Positions 1-11,000 of a stretch of 31,015 nt of DNA are shown here, in pieces. Position 1 is the stretch's first letter. The number at the start of each line of letters is the position of its first letter. The notes under the pieces were generated by a model. It saw only the letters and a list, made by a program, of their open reading frames with translations. It searched no databases and was not told the origin of the DNA. The position numbers were made by a program, and so were the translations under genes. The DNA comes from an uncultured Elusimicrobia bacterium (lineage in GTDB: Bacteria; Elusimicrobiota; Elusimicrobia; UBA1565; UBA9628): positions 9,918 to 40,932 of the forward strand of contig CAZTZW010000002.1 in NCBI GenBank assembly GCA_964618085.1. Reading direction: 5' to 3'.

Positions 1-2083
1 CGCCGATGGGGCCGTCCAAGGCGTCCTGCACCGTGACGCGCATCTTGTCGGGGTACTCGGCCAGGTTCGGGATGAAGGACGCCGACAGGCCCGAGGGCGG
101 CACGCCCACGTTGGCGACGGACATGGTCTTGGGCGCGCCGATCTGGTAGTAGCTCGTGTTCGGGATGGACAGGCCGAGGTTGGCCTGGGCGGACACCGAG
201 GCCAGCGGGTTCACGTCGTAGGCCACGAAGTAGTCGAGCTTCGTGGTCTGGATGACCTGGCCGCCGCCGCCGATGAGGCTCAAGATGGGGATGCGCGCCG
301 GGCCGGAGAGGATGGTCCCCGCCGGGAAATCGAGCTGGGTCGTGCCCTCCTGCGCGCGGTCGCAGTTCGTGTAGCGGTTGCCGGGCAGGTCGAGGCCGTG
401 GCAGTACACGACCTCCTTGAGCAGCTCGTCGGTCTGGTCGTCGCCGAGGACGAGGCGGTTCTCGGTGTTGACGGTGAACGGGTTATCCGACGGGAACATG
501 GTGTTGGCGAGCAGGCCGGTGACCGGGATGTCGACGCCGGTCGCCGTGCCGGTGGCGTAGAGCTGGACGGCCGTCGGGATGGACGGGAAGAGGTGGGTGA
601 CCGCGTTGAGCGGGCTGATCTGCGCGTCGGTGGAGACATCCAGGAGGCCGTCGTTGTTCGTGTCGAGGTAGACGCGGATGTTGGTGATGTCGTCGGCCTT
701 GTTGTGCTGGGCGAACAGCGGGTTGTAGCCCGCGCCGGTGATCTTGCTCGACGGCAGCCAGCGGTCCAGCTTGAGGCCGGTCCACTCGGCCGCGCCGGAG
801 TTCACGCGCAAGGTCATCTTCGCCACGGGCTGGCGGTTGTCGTTCTGCGTGAGGCGCGAGGGGATGGCGTCGGTCGGCACGGTGCCCGAGGTCAGGCCCT
901 GGCGGTTCCAGTCCGTCAGCGTGATCTGGTCGGGCGTCGCCAGCACGGGGACGTTGGTCGTGGCGACGATGCCGAAGGGCTTGGGCACGCCGTTGCCGGC
1001 CAGCGCCTGGATGTTGCCCGACTGCAGCGTCATGCCGTGCGTCTGGCCCGCGGCCGCGCCCGCGTCGAAGTCGTAGACCAGGTAGTAGGTGTTCGTGGAG
1101 GTGGTGATGGTGCCGTCGATGCTCTGCGGGCTCGTCAGCACCAGGTTGGTCGTGCGCGTCTCGCCCGGCGGGAAGGTCGCCGTGGCGATCTGCTTGTCGA
1201 CGGTGAAGCCGAACTGGCCGTCGCCCACCGTGCTCGTCTGCGAGGAGTCGGTGTCCAGGTACAGGCGCACGCGGCTGATGTGCGAGTCCAGGCCCGTGCC
1301 CGAGTGCGCGATGCGGATGCTGGCGAGGGTGCCGGTGAAGGCGTCCGTCCACAGCTTGAGCTTCAGGACGCCGACGTTGAGCGTGCCCTGGTTGACGTAG
1401 CCGATCTGGTGGGTGGTCGTGGACGGCGGCTGCCACCAGGCGTTGATGTCCTCGGCCAGGATGTTGATCTGCGCGGCCTCGCGCTCGACCGGCGCGGTGG
1501 CGGTCCGGATGGTGAAGTTGTTGGCCGCGATGCCCACGGGCGCGCCGGGCGCGAGGGTGATGTTGGAGGGCCCCAGCATCTCCAGGCCGAAGGAGGCCGG
1601 GAGCTCGGTGGGTCCGAAGCCCGCGGAGGCGATGCGGACGGTGAAGAAGTAGAACTTGTCCTGCGTGCTGTTGAGCGTGACCTCGCCGCCGGGGAAGGCC
1701 GTGTCGAGGAAGGGCTGGGCGCCGGTGCCGAAGAACCACGAGCCCGCGCCGTTGTAGACGCCGGAGGCGAGGAACACGTCCTGGTCGGCCTCGAACTGGC
1801 CGTTGGGCGCGCTGGGGTTGTCGCGGTACAGCGCCAGCTCCACGATCTTGTTGTTGTCCAGGTTGCCCTGGACGCGGCTCTGCACGCGCATGGAGCGCAG
1901 GTCCGCGGTGAAGGGCGCGCCCGTGGGCTGGATGCGCATGTTCATGCGCAGCATGGCGACGGGGTTCTCACTGTTGGTCGTGGTGCCGTCGCCCTGGAGG
2001 AGGGCCGTCCGCAGTACCTGCAGGGCCACCTTCTGCGGGGGAAGCGGGTTCTCGGGCGCGAGGTCGGCGGGCGTGACGACCAC
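1..2083 (-). repeat. Further repeat family (about 180-200 aa, LYxD...G motif); three complete units and the start of a fourth
   Basis: LLQGDG...MLRMNM...ELALYRDNPSAPNGQFEADQD; VNQGTLNVGVLKLKL...RVRLYLDTDSSQTSTVGDGQF...YYLVYD; LTQNDNRQPVAKMTL...NIRVYLDTNNDGLLD...YFVAYD. Units start near 2083, 1480, 936 and 52. Confidence 0.7.
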
Positions 2084-5000
2084 GCCCGCGAACACGACGT
2101 CGCCGTTGGAGCGCAGCGCGGGGTTGGCGGGCAGGCCCACGCGCGCGCCGTCGTTGGTGAAGCCGTACACGGCCGCGTTGGCCGTGTCGGAGGCGCGGAC
2201 GTTGAGCGTCTCCACGACCTGGTTGACGACGCCGAAGTTGCTGAACACGCCGCCCTCGGCCGGGGTGAACTGGTGGTAGCTGGTGCCCGTGATGAGGTCG
2301 ACCAGGCTCACCGTCGAGGTCGAGCCCGAGGAGGCGAAGCTCACCACGCTGGTGTAGTAGTTGCCGTTCTGCGCGTCGCCGGACGCCGGGTTGCCGAACA
2401 GGTCGCGCGCCTGGATGGTGAGCACGCCGGGCACGCCCACCTGCAGCGGGTTGGACAAGGTGTACGGGTGGTTGATGGTCAGGTAGGCGCCGGGGCCGGG
2501 CGTGATCTGGTGGACCTGGGAGGTGGAGGCCAGGACCGGCAGGCCGCTGAGGTAGGCCTGGGCGCTGACGGTCGTGCCGCCCGACAAGGTGTCCCAGAAG
2601 TACATGGGCGCCTGGGAGACGCCGGCGCCGCCGGGGATGATGACGTCGAGGTGGCTGGTGAAGATGTTGTTCCAGAAGGCCGAGGGCGCGGTCGCGACGA
2701 TGACGGCGGCGGGATCGATGCCCGCGTAGACGGTGTCGCGCACGCTGGTGTAGCGGATGATGAAGGTGGCCGTCGAGGACGTGACGTTGCCGAACTGGTC
2801 CAGGAGCTGGGCCGCGACCACGGTGTTGGTGGGCACGCCCACCTCGATCTGGCGCGTGGTGCCGGCCACCAGGCGGCGGGGCGGCGTGGACCAGCCGATC
2901 TGGGCGGGCGGGCCCGAGACCACCGAGTAGCTGGAGTAGCCCACCGCCCACGTCGGGTAGGTGACGCCGAGCGCCGCCAACGTGTGCGTGGAGCCGGGCT
3001 GGGTGAGCAGGGTGTCGATCATGTAGAACGGCACCGAGGACTGGTTGACGGGCAGGTAGGCCACGGCGGTCGAGCTCACGAAGGCGCCGATCGTGGGCGT
3101 GGAGAACTTCACCTGGCCCGCGGAGCTCGTGACGAGCTTGAGCTGGACGAAGCCCGTGCCCAGGTCCTGGCCCGGCAGCAGCGGCGAGGCGTTGCCGTAG
3201 TAGTCGCGGGTCTCCAGGACCATCAAGCTGGACGTCGTGCCCGCGGGCAAGGTCTGGCCCGCGCCCGTGGGGAAGGCCAAGCGGTCGATGGTGTCGGGCG
3301 CGATGAAGACGCCCTGCTGGGCGCTGAAGAGACCGGGCGAGGCCAGCGTCACGACGGGCTTGGTGCCCGCGGTCAGGTCGTAGTTGCGCGACGCCGAGGT
3401 GTCCATGTAGTAGAACGTCGCGAAGTACTGGCCCAGAGGGATGTCCACGGTGGTCGTGGACGTCAGGAACTGCGGCGCGCTCACGCGCGAGCCCGGGAGC
3501 GAGTCGCTCGAGCGCGAGAAGGCCGCGTAGTCGTTGAGCTTGGACGGGATGCGGTCCGACTGGGTCGCCAGGTCCACCACATAGTTGCGCGTGGAGACCA
3601 CGGGGTTGCTGAACTGGTCCTGGAGCTGGACCGTGAAGCGCGCGAGCGTGCTGCCGAAGTCCACGACGCGGCCGGCCACCTGCGTGCGCTCGGGGTTGGC
3701 GAAGCCCACCTTCTTGGGCTCGTCGGGGTCCATGCGCAGGGAGTGCTGCAGCGCCAGGGTCGGCCCGGGCAGGAAGACCTTGATCGTCCACGAGCCCGGG
3801 CGCCCCCCCTCCGCCGTGTTGGAGGACGGGCCGGGGCCCGAGTAGGAGGACATGCGGCTATGGAAGCGGAAGGGCACCTCGGCGCCGGTCTGACCGTCGG
3901 AGATGCTGAGCGAGTTGATGAAGACGCTGTTGCTCGCGTCGCGGAAGCCGTAGTCGCCGGTGGTGCCGAACAGGCCGAGGGCGTAGCCGCGGTCGGTGTG
4001 CACGGTCTTGTCCGCCGCCTCGAGGTCGAGCAGCAAGGTCGTCGGGCCCTGGCGCGTGACGTTGCCGAAGTCGTCCTTGCGCTGGATGATGTACTGGCCG
4101 CCGGCGCCGGCCACGTCGTTGACGCCGACGAGAGCGGCGGTGGGCGTGCTGAGGAAGACGAGGCTGCTGGGCAGGCCGCCCACGCTGAGCAGGTTGCCGC
4201 TGATGTTCTTCTTGGCGGAGATGAACAGCGTGCGGTCCGTCGGCGCCGTCATCGTGCCGATCCAGACGCGCGCGGCGTCGCCAGCGGTGGACGAGACGTA
4301 GTAGCGGACGGTCGGCGTGGAGGCGCCGACGACGCCGGTGACCGCGGAGATGACCCGCGTGGAGAGACCCACGTTCACGTAGCCGGCGCCGTTGTCGACC
4401 TCGAGGTGGCCGGCCGCGCCGACCACGTCGACGACCTCCACGAAGACGGTCTGCGTGGAGGTGATGGGGTTATCGAAGGAGTCCGTGAGCTGGCCGCGGA
4501 TGTCGACGAAGCCCGGGTTGTTGGGCACCAGCGAGCCCACCGAGACGTTGATGTCGTTGATGATGGTGCCGTCGGCCTTGATGGAGTCGGGCGTGCCGGG
4601 CGTGACGGTGATGAAGGGACGCACGGAGAAGCCCGCCACCTCGCTGTTGACGCCGGGCAAGGCGGTCTGGAAGGCCTGCAGCCAGCGCGAGCCAGCCTTC
4701 TTGAGCTTGGCGAAGCTCACCAGGCTGCGCACGCCCTGGTCCGTGGTCGAGGAGAAGGTGACGTTGTTGCTCGGACTGAACTCCGGGTCCTGGTTGCCGC
4801 CGAACAACTCGGCCGAGAAGGTCACGTTGGAGATGTAGGCGTTGGGACCGGTGGACAGGCGGTTGTGGAACTGGTCGTGCGCGGTCACGTCGCCGCTGAA
4901 GGCGGAGCCCGCCGCGACCGTCGCCGGCAGGCCGCCCCAGTGCAGGTGGTGCGCCGGGCCGGGGTGGACGGGGAAGAGGGCGGAAGAGGCCTGGCTCCAG

Positions 5001-8000
5001 GTGGACGCGGAGGCGCCGGTCGTCGCGACCCGGATGGACCAGGTCGTCGAGGAGGTCAGCGGCGTCACGCCGAAGGTCCAGTTCCCCTGGAACAGGGTCT
5101 GCGCGGCCGGCACTGCGGCGGCGGAGTCGGCCGGGAAGTTGAGCGCGACCGTCGGCATCACGGCGACGGGGTTGGTGTCCTGCGACGAACCCGTGTTGTC
5201 GGTGACCGGGTTGTAGAACTGGTCCACGAGCCAGACGTCGGCGTTCATCGAACCCGCGGGGAAGGTCATGACGAACGCCGAGGCCGTGCCGTCCTTGCCG
5301 GGCGCCCCCTCCAGCGGGCCCAGCAGGCGGCACACCGCGCCGGGCAAATGGTCGCACTTGCCGGGGCGGTAAGTCTCGCCGGGCACGGTCACGAACAGGC
5401 CCACGGCCGTCGACGCGTACACCTTGAAGGCTCCCGTCACCGCGGCCGGGGACTCGGCGCGGCAGATGTTGGACGGCGTGTTGCCCGTGCAGACCAGGTC
5501 GGCGGGCTGGCCGCGCACGCCCGCGGTCAGGCGGGCGCCCGTCGTCTTCGTGACGAGGGTCATCCCGGCCGGCAAGGTGCCGCCCGCCAGGGGCCCGGTC
5601 GCGGAATCGACGTCGAACTCGTCGTTGCTGGTCAGGTGCACGAACGGGAAGCCGCCCGCGCTCGTCGGGTTCATGTAGCGGTCGACGAGGTTGATGGTCG
5701 CCGTGAAGGGCGCGCCGGCCGTGCGCGTGGAGATGGTCCCCGTGACGCCGCCGTTGGGGTAGTCGCCGCCGCCGGGGACGGCCGTCTGGCCGGGCATGAG
5801 GACCTGCAGGCCCATGGGCAGGTCGGGGACGACGGTGAACGTGGACGACTGCGGGTCGGTGGACAGGCCCGAGGAGCCGTAGTCCACGGCCGACAGGAAG
5901 TGGTCCGTCGCCGCGCGGCGCAGGGTCACGGTCATGGGCGGGGTGATGCCCGCCAGCGGGTTGATGCCGAGCGTGGAGACGAACAGGGCGAACCCGTCGC
6001 TGGGCGTGTTGATCTTCACGTCCGCGGCGCGGCCGGTGACGATGTTGAAGAAGGCGTCCACGACGCCGACCTGGACGGAGAAGGACGCGCCCGCCTGCTG
6101 CGGGGTCGCGACGCCGCTCTTGCCGGTCGGCGAGCCCTGGCTGAAGGACTCGCCCGGCAGGCGGGTCAGCAGGCGCGTGGGCACGCCGGGCAGGACGTTG
6201 ACCGCCGTCGCGGTGTCCTGCGCGACCACGGGGCCGAAGGGCGGGACGGCGTTGACCATCTCCGCGCGCAGCAGAGTGGAGCCGGCGCGCTTGAGCGTGA
6301 CGTTGTAGGTGGCCGAAGTCGTGATGACCTGCGTCGTCGGGACGATGACGGCGAAGGGGTCGTCGGCCACGAGGCGGATCTCCTGGCTGGCGCCCGGCGT
6401 GAGGTTCCAGAAGGCGTCGGTCAGGTCCACCGTCGCGTCGAAGGCGACGCCGGCCAAGGTCGTGTAGGCCGAGCCCGTGCGGCCGTTGGTCGTGGAGCCG
6501 GGAACGCGGGTCTCCAGCGGGGTGAGCGCGCGCAGGCGCGTGGTGCTGTTGGGGTTGAGCGGCAAGGCGCCGGAGACCCCCGCCACGAGCGCGGGCGCGC
6601 CCGCGTCGGCGTCGGTCGCCGTCAGCACGCGCGAGCCGGCCGTGCGCAGGATGAGGTTCGGAGCGCTCGCCGCGCCGCCGACCATCGCGAAGGAGCCCAG
6701 AGACGAGGCGAACGGGTCGTCGGAGGTCAGCGCGATGGCGGACTGGGTGACGCTGTTGACGACGTTGTAGCGCACGTCGGTCGCGTAGATGGTCGGCGTG
6801 AAGAACACGCCGGCCGTGGAGATGGCGGCGGGCCCGCCCACGCCGAAAGGCGCGATGTTCTTGCCGGGGACGAGGACCTGGCCGGGCAGGAGCACGATCA
6901 TCCGGTCGGGAGCGTTCGGGATGACGGAGACGCCCGTGACCGTCAGGCTGCTCAAGAAGGGCGGCACGACGCCGTCGTCGGCCGCGGTGACCGTCAGGTT
7001 GCCGGTGGCGGCGCTGGGCAGGAAGCCGCTGAAGACGGTCTGGCCGAGCGCCAGGGGCTGCTGGGCCGGGACCGTCGCGTAGACGTCGTTGACGTCCAGG
7101 CGCACGGGGCGGCCGTCCACCGCGCGGTTGTTGTACAGGTCCACCGCGCGCGCGGTGACGCTGTAGGTCTGGCCCGCGGTGAGGACGCTGGGCGTCCCGC
7201 TCTTGCCGGCGACGGTACCCTCGACGAAGGACTCACCCGGCATCAGGGTCAGCAGCGAGACGGGGACGTTGGCGTCGACCTGGATGCCCGTGACCGTGTC
7301 CGTGCTGTAGGACGTGCCGGTGGCGCCCGTGTCAGAGGCCCGGACCTGCAGGCCCGCGTTGCGCGTGACGGGCGGGAAAGTGAACGTGGTCGTGCCGGCC
7401 ACCAAGGTCCGCTGGTAGGGGTTCGGCGCCAGCAGGCGGCCTTGGATGTTCGCGTCGTTGAGGAAGTCGAAGCGGACCAGCGGCATGACGATGTTGCTCG
7501 GGAGCGGGATGAAGGGCGTCGTGCCGCGCACGACGTTGAAGTAGGCGTCGGTGAGGTTGATGCGGATGGACGTCGTCACGCCCGCCGTGAGCGTGGCCGG
7601 GGCCGCGACGGAGCGGCCGCCGGACGTCGGATCGGCGTCGAAGGGCGAGCGGCCGGGCGCCGCGACCTGGCCCTCGGCGACGGCCTGGAGCTTGACGGGC
7701 GTGGACCACCACACCTCGAAGGAGTTGGGCGTGACGTAGAACGAGGTCCCGGCGGCCAGCGCCGCGGCCTGCACCTGGATGCTGTGAGTCCCCGCGACGA
7801 CGGGATGGAAGGCGAAGTCCGTCACGCCGAGCGTGAGCGACTGCGTGTAGGACGAGCTGTACAGGTCGGGGAAGATGTCGGCCTGGACGGGGAAGGACAC
7901 CGACAGGTCGTCGTTGAAGAAGTCGTCGACCGCGTGGACCCGCACCGTGTAGGTGGAGCCGGCGAAGGTCTGGTTGGGCGCGCCGCTCTTGCCGAGCGGC

Positions 8001-11000
8001 TGCACGTTGAACTTGCCCTGCACGCGGGTCTCTCCGGGCAGGACGGCCACGAGCCGCGTGGCCGGCAGGCCGACCACCGGCACGGGGCTGGCCGGGTTCG
8101 AGGCGTTGGGGAAGACGCCCGCGCCCGTGGACTGGACGACCTGGCCCGCGGGGCTGGCGGTCACGAAGGTCCAGTTGAACGTGGTCGAGCCAGTGAAGGA
8201 CACGAAGCGGTCGTTGCCGGGGGCGAAGGCGCCGTTGTTCGGGTCGCCGTCCGACACGTACACCGTGGCGGCCGAATCCATGTACACGTTGTAGAAGTTG
8301 TCGGTGACCTGGACGCAGTACTGGACGGTCTGGCCGGCGACGAAGGTGCGCGGCGTCCCCAGGCGGCCCTCGGAGCCCGGCGTCACGACGCCGGGGCCGG
8401 GGCGCTGGCCGGGGCCGCCCGTGCAGCTGGCGTCCGCGTCCGCGATGAGCTGGACGCGCGTGGCCGCGTCGCGGTGGGTGGTGAAGTTGAGCGTGCCGAA
8501 CAGGGCGGGGTTGTCGGTCTGCTCGATGCGCAGCACGCGGGCGCCCGCGCGCCGCATGCGCAGCGTGAAGGTCTTAGAACCGTTGTCGTTGCCGGGGCCG
8601 GTCGTGAAGGTGTAGGTCGAGGGCAGGCCGTACACGCTGTCGGCGATGAAGTCGGTGTCCATCGTCTCGGGACCGCCGGCCATGGCGAAGTTGACGGACT
8701 GGTTGTAGTTGGAGGCGACGCCGCCCGTGCCGTTCAAGCCGTCGCGCGCGGTGACCGTGATCTGGATGTCGTTGCCGACGGTGGACGGGTCGGAGGAGAC
8801 GACGATGGAGAAGCTCTGGGCGATGCCCGAGATGAAGTAGCGGGGACCTGCGCTGACGACGCTTTGCAAGGTGCCCGCGTTGTCGCGCACGCGCGACCAG
8901 GTCACGTAGGGGTCGCCGCGCACCCAGCACGGGATGCCCGTGGGGTTGGGCGTCGGGCAGACCAGGCCGGAGTACTGCCAGCCGCCGAAGGAGTCGGCGA
9001 ACGACGCGGGCACCCACACCGGCGTGCCGGCGACCGCGGGGACCCAGGTGGAGCCGTTCCAGAAGTAGCCGGAGCCGTCGTTGCCGCCGGGCGCGATGGG
9101 ACCGCCCGAGATGAGCGGGGCGGTGTCGCGGAACACGGCGACCTCGACGGCGCCCTGGTGCCAGCCCAGGGTCGGGAACACGCCGGAACCCGTGCCGTTG
9201 ATGCCGGAGGTGAAGCCCGGGTCGGAGGAGCTGCCGACGAGGATCTTGGTGTCGTCGTAGGTCGTCAGGTTGACCGGGTTGGCCACCGCCGACGTGGGCT
9301 CGGCCGTGTCGAAGAGGAAGCGCGCGAAGCCGGAGGCGGTCTGGCGGTTGCCGACGCTGTCGGTGGCCGAGGAGCGCACGACGTAGTGGCGCGAGGGCGC
9401 GTAGGCCAGAGAGCCGTTGGTGAACGTCCACGAGGACGGGAAGAGGTTCAGGGGCAGGACGGGCATCCACACCTGCGGACCGGCGACGAAGCTCGTGCCG
9501 TCGAACCAGCGCGAGGTCTCCTCCTCGAAGATGGAGACCGCGACGGCCGACACCGAGCTCTCGGCGTCGACCGAGGTGCCCGAGAGCACGGTGAGGCTGT
9601 TGTAGGCCGAGTCGGGGATGGGCGCGACGGGCCCCGAGAGCGGCGGCACGTTGTCGAAGCGGAAGGTGCGCGTGGACAGAGCGGTCTGGACGTTGCCGGC
9701 CTCGTCGACGGCCTGGGTGATGATGTTGAACGTCTTGCCGTTGAGGCCGTCGTGCGTGCCCTCTTTCCAGGCGTAGTTGAGGGTGCCCGGCGTCGCGAAG
9801 TCCGGCACCTGGGTCGAGTTGTAGTCCCACGGGTTGTTGACGCCGAAGGGGCCGCCCGAGCCGTTGATGGAGAAGAAGCCGCCGTCGACGAGGCCCCAGT
9901 GAGGCGGCGCCGGGCTCCAGTAGTAGGTCGTCGGGCCCGTGACGTACCACATCTTGACGCGCACGTCCGCGACGTTGGAGGTGATGTCCGAGGACGTGCC
10001 CTGGATGGACGTCATCGACGAGAAGGTCTGGCCGTTGGCGGTCGGATACGTCACCACGGACGCCGGGCGGGTCGCGTCGAAGCTGAACGTGGAGGAGGCG
10101 CTGGTGTAGTTGCCCGCCGCGTCCGTCACGCGGCTCTCGACGCGGAGCTGCCCGTTGTTGTCGGCCCACGCCACCGCTGAGGCGTTGTAGCGCCACGTGT
10201 AGGCGTTGCCGTCGCCGATGCCGCCGACGGCGGTCTGAGAGTCCAACGCCACGTTCCACAGCTCCGGGAAGCCCGGGAAGCCGCTGCTGACCCACCCCGT
10301 CCCGTCCACCCAGTACTGGTTGAGCGCGATGTTGTAGATGCGGACCTGCGGGAAGGTGGTCAGGCCCGGCGCGGCGTCCTGCGCGGTGCCGGAGACCAAG
10401 GGCAGCGAGCTGTAGCGGGCCCCGTTGGCGGGCAGCTGGACGAAGGCCGTCGGCGAGGACACGTCGAAGCGGAAGATGTTGGTCGTCAGCGCCGTCTGGG
10501 TGTTGGCGGCGAAGTCGAAGGCGCGCGACGCGAGGTCGTAGCGCTCGCCGTCCTGCAGGCCGCCGGGCAGGTTGTTGGGCGGCGGCAGCTGGGTGTTCTT
10601 GGTCCACGGAGAGCCGGTGACGGGCGTCAGCCAAGACGCCTCGGTCGAGCAGTTCGCGATCCAGGTCGCGCCGTTCCAGCAGATGTTGTCGCTGACGCGC
10701 TTGATCTGGAGCTGGGTCCCGGCCACGCCCGCGGGCGCGCCGCCGGCGTCGACGGCGGTGCCGCTGACGAGCGCCAACGCCTTGCCGTACGAGGAGGCCC
10801 CGGGCGCGCTCACGCCGGAACCCGGCGCCGTGGTGTCCCACTTCACGGTGTTGGCGGAGCCGACGCCCTCGAGCCCGGTGGAGCCGATGGCCTTGGGCAC
10901 GATGTTGTAGTCGCGGCCGGCGGAGGCGGGCAGGACGGGCGGGGTCGCCGTGAACGTGTAGTTGGGCACGGTGCCCGAGAGGACGGTCGGGCGCCACACG

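Noticed and set aside
302-580. Prophage or mobile element
   Set aside because: Only one small phage-like protein module is present, in frame inside the host gene. No integrase, transposase, att sites or other phage genes were seen.
398-10180. 3,260-aa plus-strand ORF
   Set aside because: It is the codon-aligned antisense shadow of the giant gene. It stays open because TTA, CTA and TCA codons are absent from the GC3-rich sense frame. The product is Arg/Gly/Ala/Val-rich with no recognisable motifs.
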